Positions 29,379-47,153 of a stretch of DNA of 64,000 nucleotides are shown here, piece after piece. Within the stretch, counting starts at the first letter, position 1. Every line of letters begins with the position of its first letter. Under the pieces are notes generated by a model. It ran no database searches, was not told the origin of the DNA, and worked only from the letters and a program-made list of their open reading frames with translations. The stretch comes from Salpingoeca rosetta (lineage: Eukaryota > Protista > Choanoflagellata), in contig JAWQFM010000007.1 of NCBI GenBank assembly GCA_033442325.1, positions 1,840,567 through 1,904,566 of the forward strand, in the 5' to 3' direction. Made by a program: the position numbers and the translations under genes.

Positions 29379-29410
<32 letters not shown>

Positions 29411-29906
29411 TGTGTAAGTGTGGGGTTGCAGCAGATTTGTGCAAGAGAGAGAAAAACCCAACAGCGAGAAGCTTGCGCTGTGAAGTGGCGCCTGCCTGCA
29501 AGCAACGATTACGCAACAAGGCGTGGCGTGTGTGTCTGACCTGGGAGGTGATGGAGTCCCCGATGAAGGAGATGGTGCCGCCACGAATCAGGCGCTCGAG
29601 CTTGTAGGCGGCAAACGGATACGGGCTCACAAAGCGCATGTGCTTCATTGGCGTCGTGAAGTTGTGGAAGTACTTTGGGTTGCAGCACTGCAAAGGAAGC
29701 GAAGGCACGCATGGCCAGAACAGCGTCATGTCACGTCCACGTGGGACAAAATGAGCCATGATGTATGATGCCATGGCTCCAGCTAAATGTGACAGGAGGT
29801 GCATGTCACGAGAAGGGGTTGCTCACGTGCACTTTGTCGATGTAGTCAACCTCCTTGCAGCCACGCCGACGCAGCAAAGAGTCCCTGTTGTGCAAATGCG
29901 TGTGTG

Positions 29907-29963
<57 letters not shown>

Positions 29964-30753
29964 GTGTGTGTGCGTGTATGTGTGTGTGAACGAAAGGACG
30001 AGGCTTCATGACAAAGGACATCTCGACATCTGTTGTTGTGTCCGCTGCGGCTGTAGTGCTGTGCTGTAGGTAGCAGAGCATCGTGCGCATACCAGTCTTC
30101 TTCCGGCACTTCTTCCCAGTGTGCGTGAAAGGTCAGCTGTCCAACCGGCGGGGCAGCTGTGGGTGGCGGGGTGGTTGGCGTGTCACTTGCAGCCGCCTGT
30201 TTGTCGCTGGGATCAGTCACTTGCACGGCGTTCTGTCGTGCAAGCGGGACGATGGTGTGGGTGTTGCACGGATCCAACAAAAACAAACATGAGGGTGAGC
30301 AGGATTGTGATGCATCAAACGGTACGGGCGCAAACAAGATAGAGTGAATCAAGGCAGAGGAACAGCGCGCAGGCTGGCTTGCCCCATGTAGGCTTACCTT
30401 GACTGCCGTCAGGTGCTGCTTGACAGCGGCCAGCTCTTCCCGTAAATGCTGTACAAGCAATGCAATGCAGGATTGCATGGCAGCATATAAGCACAGGAAC
30501 CAGAAGAAAAGCGAACATGCTTTTTGTGACGGGACGCCAGGCTACCAGACCGGACTCAAACATGTGCAGCCAGCCAATGATGAGCAGAGGCCACCACACG
30601 ACGAACCGCGTTCTCTTGTTGGAGGGAATCAATCTGCTTTGAGCTTGCGGCCAGCTCCGTGCGATATGACCTAATGATGATGGTGATGGTGGCGATGACG
30701 AATGGTGAGATGAAGAGGAAAGAACAGAGATGCCAGGATGCACGTGCAACCAT
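27482..30753 (-). CDS. TBL/PC-esterase (SGNH-type) putative polysaccharide O-acetyltransferase, type II membrane protein
   Basis: N-terminal anchor 'LCSFLFISPFVIATITIII' plus coiled coil. Motifs 'ISFIGDSITSQ' (GDS), 'VANIGLHF', 'FFRDITPQHF' and C-terminal 'LDCTHWC' (DxxH). Start codon is tentative. Confidence 0.8.
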
Positions 30754-31654
30754 GTGCTGGAAAGCTGGGGCAGGTGGGGTGGCAGATGTCACTGATGAGG
30801 CGTGCTGGAAGGACTTCGAGACACTGACTTTGCTTGCGATTGGAGGTCAAGAAACAGCTGTGAGAGGACGGAGTCTTGCTTTGCGTCCGAGGATAGGAGC
30901 ACACCCTCCCCGGCGGCGCCCCGGCGCTGTTCTTGATTCAGTGTACCGCCAGCAGCAGCGGCGGCAGCGGCAACACTGTCTCCATCAACGGCAGCGCATT
31001 CACTGTGAGTGTGGGAGAGGGAGGGGAGTGTGTGGGAGAGTGGGAGAGTGTGTGCGTGCGTGCGTGTGAATGAGTGTGAATAAATGTATTTCTTGTGTGC
31101 GGGAAGGGGAGAGCTCAAGCGACAGGTATCGTGGTCTGCGTGATCTTGGTGGTTGGGCGGGGGTGCTGGGGTGTTATCATCGTGCAATGCATGGCTCAGA
31201 CAAGCAGCCACGCACGAAGTCGTTGCTTGCAAGCAAGCAAAGGAGCAAGCGAACAAAACCTCCTTGAAACACACTCTCCTACTCTCACTCACACACACAC
31301 ACACACACACACTCACTCACTCACTCACTCACTCACATACACTCACTCCTTCACTTACTCACACTCACACTCACTCACACTCACACTCACTCACACTCAC
31401 TCCTTCACTTACTCACATTCACTCACACACACTCACACACTCACTCCTTCACTTACTCACCCACCCACTCACTCACACACACTCACTCACTCACACCTGG
31501 AGAGGATGTATCCGACGCTGGCCAGCAAGCAGAGGCCCAGCACCCACGTCGTCAGCCGCACGCTGCCTTCCTTCACCATCGTCATCATCAGCACAAGAGC
31601 ACAACGGAAAGCGGGCCGCGCCTCTTCTTACAGCACAAATTGATGTGAGGTTAC

Positions 31655-32596
31655 ATGATTGCGCGGCAAGACCACCAAAACAAACGTGCTGCGACGTGTC
31701 CGACACCCACCACCAGCAGAGAGATGCTGGGCGAGGACATCATGAATGAGGACCAGTGCACGGTGTGCGGTGCATACGGGGAGCTGGTGTGCTGTGATGG
31801 GTGTCCAAGGGCGTACCATGTTGGGTGCTGTGATATCAGTGCGGAGGAGCTCAAGTCCGATGCGGAGTGGCTGTGCAGCCAGTGCAGAGGAGAGCAAGGA
31901 GAACAAGGGAACCAAGACACCAGTGGCGTTGCCACGACCAACGCTCCCAAGCGAGCCAAACTCGAGCCGAACCCTGGCGAGCATGAGGACCATGAAGGGG
32001 AGGACCAGCAGCACAACAGCAGCAGCAGCAGCGGGGCGGAGCAAGGAGCGCCTGCAGCGGCGAGTGACGCGGAACGCGCCACAGGCAGTGCTTCGCAACA
32101 GCCAGCGAGCGCAGCTGTGACACGCAGCTCGTCGTCCCAGTCTTCGCCTGCAGCAACGTCATCGCGTGCGTCTGCCACTGCAACGCCCTCCCGCTCCCTT
32201 TCTCGAGCGTTGTCAGTGACAGCGCCAGTCACACAAGAGCAGCAGCAGCCGCAGCAGCAGCAGTCGGGAGAGCAATCGGGAGAGCAATCGGGAGAGCACC
32301 AGCAGCAGCAACAAGAGCGACAACAGCAGCCGCTGCGGTTGGAGGAAGGACGGTGCAGCTTCTGCAACCAAACTGGCCAGGTGTTGAAGTGCACAGGCTG
32401 CTCAAAGCCGTTTCATGCCTACTGTGCCCTGCTGGAGATGGACGAGGTGCCAACCCGCACGAGCTGGTTCTGCGAGGCGTGCGTGCACAGCGGCACCAGC
32501 GTATCCGCCACCGTCAGCGCCACGCAGCAAAGCGCCACCAAGGTACACACTGCTGCTGTTGCCTGCCTACGTATGCTTGCCTGCGTGCATGTTCAT

Positions 32597-32662
<66 letters not shown>

Positions 32663-32763
32663 NNNNNNNNNNNNNNNNNNNNNNNNNNNNNNNNNNNNNN
32701 NNNNNNNNNNNNNNNNNNNNNNNNNNNNNNNNNNNNNNNNNNNNNNNNNNNNNNNNNNNNNNA

Positions 32764-32835
<72 letters not shown>

Positions 32836-34785
32836 GCGCGCACGCACGCACGCACGCACACACAGTCACTCGCCCGCTCGCGTTCATGTACACACACTCC
32901 CTAACGCTCACACACGAACACTCACTCGCTCACACATGTTCATCAGGCACAGCCGAACCTGGACTCGATCCTGCGCAAGGTGGATGTGGAGCGAATCCAG
33001 AGCGGGCGGTCGCTGACAAACAGCGCCATGCGCAAGCAAACGCGGCCGCGGTCTGGGCAGAAGGTGCACGGCCCAACGAGCGCCCTGTCGTCGTTCCTGC
33101 GCGAGAAGGGCATCACCGCACCAAACAGGGGCGCACGCTGGCGTCGCTCGCAGCGCCCACACTCCAGTGCACATGATGATGACGACGACGACGACGATGA
33201 TGACGAGGACGATGATGATGATGATGATGATGATGTTGCTGCTGTGCGTCGGGGCGGTTCCAGTGTGAAGGGAAAGAGGGCGAGTAAGAAGCAGCAGCAG
33301 AAAGAAAAAGAAAAGGAGAAACAGAAGCAGAGGAAGGAGCGACAGCGCCTGGCCGTGCTGCGTGCCACCAGGTACGTGTGTGTGTGGTTGTGTTGTGTGA
33401 TGTGTTTGTGTTGTGTGTTTGTGTTGTGTGATGTGTGCGCGTGTGATGTGTTTGTGTTGTGTGTATGTGCTTGGACATGCGTTCTTCTGCTGTGTGCTGT
33501 CCATGCATGTGCGCATCCAGTCATCAACCTTTTACAACTGTCGACTGACTCTGTTCATTGCCCCCCCCCACACACACACACGCACACACACACACACACA
33601 CACACACGGTACAGGCGAGTTGCTGCGCAAGCACAAGACAGCAAGCCTTCACCGGAGGTGCCACCAGCCTCAGCGGCATCTGCCACCGTTGGTCCGTCGT
33701 CCTCAGCGTCAACAGCATCGCCATCATCGTCATCGTCATCATCGCTGTTCGCTTCCCTGGCTCAAGGCAAAACGCCTGCCAACAAACGCCTCGCGTCTCG
33801 CAAGCACAGTGCAACAGCCCGTGCCATCATCATTGATGACGATGATGACGACGATGAGGATGGTGATTTTTTTGCTCCCGCCAGCGTGGCTGGTGCTGGT
33901 GATGGTGACAGACCTGCACTTCGGCGCTCACGGCGACAACGCCGACCACCACCACCACGCAGCATCGATGATGACGACGACGACGACGATGATGACGATG
34001 ATGATGATGATGATGATGATGAGTTTGTGGGGCTGCGTCGTCGTCGCCTTGGGCGGTGTGGCGGTTGCGGCTGTCGTGTTGCAAAGGGGCAGGTTCTGTG
34101 CGTGCCCTGTCTGCGCCACAGCAAACGCGACAAGACCAACGACAACGACGATGGTGACGTTGACAATGATGATTATGATGGTGATGACAACGGAGATGAT
34201 GCCACGTACACCCCACCGCGTCGGCGCGACCAACGTGCAGCAGCCACCAAGTGCAGCACCAGCACTCGCAGCAGTCGCAGCAGCAACAGCGGTGGTGGCC
34301 GACGTGGCAGCGCAGCGGCGAAGCAGGGAGGAGGAGGAGGAGGAGTGAGCAGCAAGGCACGTCAGACACCAACACGACGGTCGAGAACAGCGGGCGCAAA
34401 GGGCAGCAAGCGGGCAGCGACAGGCTCGCTTCTGCATGAGCTGCGGGGAGGATCACTCATCTCCCTGCAGGACATGTGCGTGCGGTTTCTCGTCAAACAC
34501 ATTGATTGCGTCACGGACTTTGGCGACATTGCGGACGATGCCCTGGATCGCATCTGTGCTGTCATCTGCAAGCAGAATAAGCTGACAGATGCAACGCTCA
34601 AGCTGTTTGTTCGTCCGTCGCGCCAGCACTTGCAGCTGTTTGACTGCGCCAATCTCTCGCCGCAGAGCTATCACGACCTGTTTGTGACGTGTGGTGCCCT
34701 CTCCACCCTCGCCCTCGACCTCTGCGGCCAAATCGACGACGATGTAAGCCGTCATGTGTGCGCGCGCGCGTGTGTGTGTCTATGT

Positions 34786-34817
<32 letters not shown>

Positions 34818-36805
34818 GCATGTGTGTGTGCTGTTGTGTGCGCTGTTGTGTGTGCTGCGTGTGCGTGCATGCAATTGTGCATATGTTCGTTTGTATCACC
34901 GTTTCGTGCGCATTTTATGACTGCGCTTGCTTCACTCCTCATCTTCTTCGCTGCTGCTTCCTCTCCCCCCCCCCCCACACTCCACCATCGACCACAACAC
35001 TCGGATCAACGTGCACCGACACCAGCGGCTGCTGATGCTGCCGAGGTGCTCGCCGCTCGTGTCAGATCTTCAGCTCACGGGCGCATTCAAGGCGACAGAC
35101 GCGGTGATGGCCGCTGTCATCTCGGAGCTGAAACTCAGGCGCTTTGCATTCAGCTCCTCAAACACCCTCGCCGACAAGACTCTCATCGCACTCTCAAAGC
35201 AGCAAGGTGTGTGTGTCTGTGTCTGTGCGCGCATGTGTGTGTGTCTGTGTGTCTGTGCGTGTGTGTCTGTGCGTGTGTGTCTGTGCGTGTGTGTCTGTGC
35301 GTGTGTGTGTGTGTGTGTGTCTGTGCGCGTATGTCTGTGCAAGCGTGCGTGATTCTCCTCTCGCATGTCAACCGCGCCTCCACCCCTTCTCATCGCCACC
35401 GCCGTCACTGCAGGCTTGGAGGAGCTTGAGTTGAAGCAGTGCCTGAAGATATCGGATGCAGAAGTCGCGCCACTGTCCAGTCTCCGCAACCTCACCCGCC
35501 TCTCCCTCGTCCAGTGCGAACTCATCACAGACCGCGGCGTACGTGTGTTGTTTGTGTTGTTTGTGTGCGTATTTTTTTGTGTTGTTTGTGTTGTTTGTGT
35601 TGTTTGTGTTGTTTGTGTGCGTATTTGTGTTGTTTTTTGTGTGCGTATTTGTGTTGTTTGTGTGCAAATTTGTGTTGTTTGTGTGCAAATTTGTGTTGTT
35701 TGTGTGTGTGTGTGTGTCGTGAAGTGTGTCCACTGCGTGTTTGCACACACACACCCTCTCTCTCTCTCTCTGCTTGCTTGCTTGTTTGGTTTGGTTCTTC
35801 GTGCTTCTGTTTTGCAACATTACCACGAAGCGCTTCCCTCACCAATCGCTGTGTGCTCATTTCATACGCAGCTGGTTGCTGTGCTGGAAACTGTGGGCCC
35901 GAAGCTGACGCATCTCAACGTGCACGGGTGAGGCTGGGTTTGTGTGCGGTGCTGTGTTGCATGTGGTCCGCCCACGCGTCTGCTCTCTGTTCACGCACAG
36001 CCACAAGTCACGCACGCACACGCACACACACACACACACACACGCACACACACACACACACACCACCACCACCACCACCACCACCACCACCACCACCACC
36101 ACCACCACCACCACCACCACACCAACACCCAGCCTGGCGCAGGTGACTGACCGGGCAGTGCTGACAATTGCGCGCAAGTGCTCGCGTCTGCACGAGTTGA
36201 ATGTGGCGCATCTTCCCGACATTACAGACGAGGGAGTAGTCGCACTTGCCGACGGCTGCAAACAGCTCAGGTGACCGTGCAGCCATCTATCGCAGTGCGT
36301 GTATGCTTCTGTTTGTGTTTGTGTTTGTGTGTGTGTGTGTGTCTGTGTGTGTGTGTGTGTGTGCGTGTATGCTTTTATTTGTGTGTGTGTGTGCGTGTGT
36401 GTGTGCTTCTGTTTGTGTGTGTGCTTCTGTTTGTGTGTGTGTTTGTACGTGATTGTAGATACGTGTCAATGTTTTAGTGCCTGCACTGTCGCGTGCGACG
36501 TGGTGCTCACACGCCAGCATCTTCAACATCTTCAACATTGCCATCCTCGTTGCACCGCGGCACCAGGTCGCTCAATTTTGCTCGCTGCGTGGAGTTGACG
36601 GATGGGAGCGTGGGAAAAGTGCTGACGGCCAACCCACGCCTCACCCACCTGTCGTTGCACAGCCTGGACAAGCTGTCCCTTGATCTCCTTGCACCACTGT
36701 GCTCCCTCGTGCACCTGCAACACCTGGATGTGTCGCTGTGTCGCAACTTGGACGTGTCGGACGAGTTTGTTGATCGCCTCCTCAAACACTGCCCAGACCT
36801 CCAGC

Positions 36806-36850
<45 letters not shown>

Positions 36851-37053
36851 GTTGCATTTGTGGGTGCATTCGTGCACATTCAACTCCTTCGTTGTGCCCA
36901 TCCTCCTCATCACCATCACGCACCCCCCCTCTCTTAATCTCTCTCTTCCATTAGGTGACTGCGTGGGCGTGCTTGCGGTTGACAGAGAGCTCGCTCCGCC
37001 CGCGTCCCTCGCACCCGTCCTTCACCCTCGTCGGCTGCGCCACAATCGTGTGA
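31655..37053 (+). CDS. rad7: Rad7/Rhp7-like LRR nucleotide-excision-repair protein with two N-terminal PHD fingers
   Basis: PHD1 '[28 protein letters not shown]...WLCSQC' and PHD2 '[24 protein letters not shown]...WFCEAC'. Rad7 N-motif '[15 protein letters not shown]', treble-clef-like 'CGGC..CVPC', BC-box '[23 protein letters not shown]' and cysteine-containing LRRs. Ends 'VGCATIV*'. One intron contains an N gap. Confidence 0.82.
32663..32762. other. Assembly gap (100 N) inside a (CA)n tract
   Basis: Run of N. Confidence 0.99.
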
Positions 37054-37059
37054 TGCGCT

Positions 37060-37115
<56 letters not shown>

Positions 37116-37449
37116 GTCGTGTTGCTGTTGCTGTTGCTTATTATCACCTTGCAGTGCAGTTCTTCTTGGCATTCCCTCCATGTGTAGGATGGCTCGTTTA
37201 TATGAAATGAAAACACAGTAGTAATGTGAAGTGCCACCATGAAACAGCAAACGCGTGTCATCAGCATCAGCACACGTCCCAAACCACTCGCACATACACA
37301 CATTAACATTCACAGCAAACACCAACTCACAGGAGAGGAAGAATAACACGTGATGTGACATGACGTGATGCGATGTGATGTAATCACCATCACCACCACA
37401 TCACCATCATCACCATCACACCAGGAGGACCATCATCACCACCACCACC

Positions 37450-39305
37450 TCATGCGCGGGAGGCGCCCCAGGCTGCATACACGTCTTCCTCGTCGTCGTC
37501 GTTCTCCGAGTAGTACAGCGGGTTGTCAAAGAGCGCCTCTGTTGTCTGCGCCGTGTGGTATCCGCGCCGCGACCGCCGCCGCCACAGCGCAACTAAACCG
37601 CGTGATAACGGGGCGACATGGCGTGATGTGGGGGTGAGGATGAAGTGAGCACAGGTGGAGGGCAGATGGACGTGGGAAAACACCTGCGACAACGAGCGCA
37701 AAGCATTCACACACACACACGCACACACACTCACACACACACACACACATGTAAGCGTTGGCGCACCAATAGCGATGAGGGTGATGACGCCGACGATGGC
37801 AAGGGCAATCTGCCACGCGTACACGCCCGACGTTGAGGCTGGATCCTGCGGCTGCACCCGCGAGGCAACAGCCACCGTCGCAGACTCAATGCCTTCATCA
37901 GAGCCTGTGTGCGTGCGTGTGCGTGCGTGCGTGTGTATGTGTGTGTGTGTGTGTGTGCGTGTGTGTGTGTGCAGATATGAGGGAAACGAAGCAAAGGCAA
38001 CGAGGCAAGGGTTGATAGACCAGCATGTGAGTTGGAATACGCGATATGACACGCCAGAGACAAAGCCAAGGGGCATCATCCACCATTGACGAGGTGAAGT
38101 GCACAACAGTGCGCTCAATATACTCACACACACACACACACACACACTGCAAGCAAGCGAGACACGGCTGGGTGCAGAGTGCATACGTTGGAGGTCGCGG
38201 GCAAAATCGCCGCTTGTAATGTAGTCGTTGAGGGTTTCGTTTGCCGCCTCCCACAGGTCTTGCTCCACCGTCACATGCAGGAACACAATGTACTCGTGGG
38301 CAGGCTTGGCTGGGGCAGGTGTGGTGGAGGCAGGCTCACGCCGGCGATGCGGGGACCCGCCAGACGCCATGACAACAGCGGCCTCCACATCATCCTCGCT
38401 GATCTTCAGGTACTGCGATGCAACTTGGCGGATTAGTGCGAGCACTTCCATCGTGCTCAGCGTGGACGAGGACACGGCAACCTTCAGCTTGACCAAGAAG
38501 GTGTACATGGCTTTCGTCGCCGTTGCCGTGGAGCTCGTGGATGCTGTTGACGTTTCTGTCGTTGCTGTGGTCGTGGTCGTGGTCGTTGTTGTGGTCGTGG
38601 TTGTTGTGGTTGTGGAGGCTGGCGGGATTGGTGTTGTTGCGTTTGTTGCGGGGGCTGCTGTGGTGGAGGTCTCATTTGACGTGGTAGTTGTTGTGGTCGT
38701 GGTCGTGGTTGTTGTGGTCGTTGTTGTTGTCGTGGTCGTTGTTGTTGAAGTCGTTGTGGTTGCAGCGCTTGTGGAGGCTGGCGAAACTGTCGTTGTTGCA
38801 TTCGTTGCGGGGGCTGTTGCGGTGGAGGTCTCATTTGACGTGGTAGTTGTTGTCGTCGTGGTTGTTGAAGTCGTGGTGGTGGTGGTGGTGGTGGTTGTGT
38901 TCGCTGCCGTCGCATTAGCGGGCATGGTGGTGGTGGTGGTCATGTTGACAGGCATCGATGTTGTTGTCACGTTAACTGGCATCGACGTTGTCGTCACGTT
39001 GACAGGCATCGACGTTGTTGTCACATTAGCGGGCATCGATGTTGTTGTCACATTCACAGGCATCGATGTTGTTGTCACGTTAACTGGCATCGATGTTGTT
39101 GTCACGTTAACTGGCATCGATGTTGTTGTCACGTTAACTGGCATCGACGTTGTCGTCACGTTGACAGGCATCGATGTTGTTGTCACATTCACAGGCATCG
39201 ACGTTTTGTCATGTTGGTTGCATTGGTTGCGGTTGTTCCATTCGGCGTTGAAAGGGCCACAGCCAAGCCGATCAGCAGCACCAGCAGTGGCGCGGGCGAT
39301 GCCAT
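37450..39305 (-). CDS. Mucin-like type I membrane glycoprotein with SEA-like domain and FDNPxY tail (apparent 1-bp frameshift at ~39205)
   Basis: Signal peptide 'MASPAPLLVLLIGLAVALS' (ATG 39305), SMPVNVTTT repeats and Thr tracts. An alpha/beta domain has an 'RRR' loop. TM 'WQIALAIVGVITLIAIG|LVALWRRR'. Tail 'LFDNPLYY...DVYAAW'. Confidence 0.75.
38940..39210 (-). repeat. Coding 27-bp minisatellite, ~10 copies (SMPVNVTTT, one N-glycosylation sequon per unit)
   Basis: 'ggcatcga(t/c)gttgttgtcacgtt(a/g)ac(t/a)' repeated on the plus strand. Confidence 0.95.
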
Positions 39306-40686
39306 TGTCGTCATTGCTTGTTGTTGTTGTTGCTTGTTGTTGTTGCTTGTTGTTGTTGGGTCGGGATGCCCCTCCCGAGTTGGTTGGAGTCCTTCCCGTT
39401 CTCCTTCCCGTTCTCCTTCCCCTTTGCCCTCTTTGCTTCTCCTCCTTCCTCACCTTATTCCGCCACTTCCTCTGTCTGCTTTCCTTCGCTTGGCCTCGTG
39501 CTGTGCCTTTTTGCTCTCTCCGTCGTCTTCTCCTCAACAGCAGTCTGCGAACAGGATGACAAAGAAGATGACAATGACCACAAAGATGAGCAGGAAGAAC
39601 AGGTCCATCCTCAAACCAAGAGCAATGAATGCGTCCTTGAGTCAGCCAGTCACGTCAGTCCGTTCCGAGCGAGCAATCGACTTCGTGGGCGCAAAGCAAG
39701 CGAGCGCGAGAGAACAATGCGTGTGTGTGTGCCTGACGTGTGCGTTCACATGAGTCATCATCAATGGCAGAAAACAAAACGGTTGTGCGATTATTGCTGA
39801 CATCAGCAGAAATCGATGGGTGCCCTTCACGAAGGACGACTTTGCTGATGACGCCATCCATCACCACGAATGAGCGAGAACTCAACGTAAGCCACCAACC
39901 AGCCACCCAGTCAGTGTTTGTGTGCAGCAAGAAGCAACATTGCACACACGAGCAAAGAGGCTGCGCAGAATAAGAGCTGCCTGCCTGGCTGTCTCCAACC
40001 TCCATTTTCCCTCAACAACAACAAGCGATACACGCACACGAACAAACGCACAAGCACACACGAACAAACGCACACGAGCACGTACACTTCCCCCTCCCCC
40101 TCTTCTACTCCCTCAACACAGCAATGACGACAAGTTCGCTTACGCTGGCGCTGGTGGCGGCTGTGGTGGTGCTTGGCACAAGCATGCACGCGACCGAGGC
40201 CATCGATGTGGTGCCCAACCTGAACGTGACTGCGTACCTTGGCCGCTGGTACCAGATTGCCGACGACTTCTCCTCCGCTGCCACCTTTGAGAAGGGCGCG
40301 TGGTGCGTTGCCGCAGACTACGGCCTGCGCTCCGACGGCAAGATCAGCGTCTTCAACCAGCAGCGCACCGGCAGCGCCACGGGCCCTCCGGGTAACATCA
40401 AGGGTTACGCGTACGCCCCCAACCCCAGCATCCCCGCCAAGCTCAAGGTCCACTTTGACGTCGCCCCGATTGACGGGCCCTACTGGATTGTGGCCGTCGG
40501 CCCGCGCGTCCCCACGGGCAACGCCATCTGCGACCCTTGCTACGACTACGCCATTGTCACCGACGAGGCCAAGATCTCCCTCTTCGTCCTCACCCGCGAC
40601 GTGAACCGCTACTATGCCAAGTACAACGAGACCGTGACCAACTTCCTCGACACCAACGGCTTCAACAAGCCATGGAACAGGCCCAT

Positions 40687-42405
<1,719 letters not shown>

Positions 42406-42506
42406 GCTTCTTCTCGTGTGCTTGGTGTTTGCTCGTTGTTTGCGTCGTCGTTGTCAGCAGTGAAAATCGTGCTGTTCATAACCGTCAACAGACACCGCTG
42501 TCAACG
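42406..42506. promoter_or_regulatory. Putative compact bidirectional promoter between DPCD and Aladin
   Basis: The divergent ATGs are ~100 bp apart (42405 and 42507), or ~175 bp if the start is 42582. Confidence 0.45.
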
Positions 42507-46888
<4,382 letters not shown>

Positions 46889-47037
46889 CACACACTTTGT
46901 TGCTTGTATGGTTCATGTGTGTGGATGCGTGGTGTATGTGCTGTTGTGTGTGATTTGATCAGCAAAGTCGAGGTCGAGAAGGACAAGAACAACAAGACCC
47001 AGAAGAAGAACAAGATCCAACAACAACCACAACAACC

Positions 47038-47082
<45 letters not shown>

Positions 47083-47153
47083 CAAAGCAAAACTTGCGCA
47101 AAACCAAGCAACCAAACAAGCAAGAAGCCAGCAGGAGGCAACCGAACGTCGAG

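Noticed and set aside
35540-35715. Hydrophobic/Cys-rich repeat ORFs inside the Rad7 gene
   Set aside because: This is an intronic GT-rich minisatellite between LRR exons.
38940-39210. Regular 27-bp repeats resembling a CRISPR array
   Set aside because: There are no unique spacers and no cas genes. It is an in-frame coding minisatellite in a eukaryotic mucin.
38228-39559. 443-aa Val-rich plus-strand ORF
   Set aside because: It is the antisense reading of the Thr-rich mucin.
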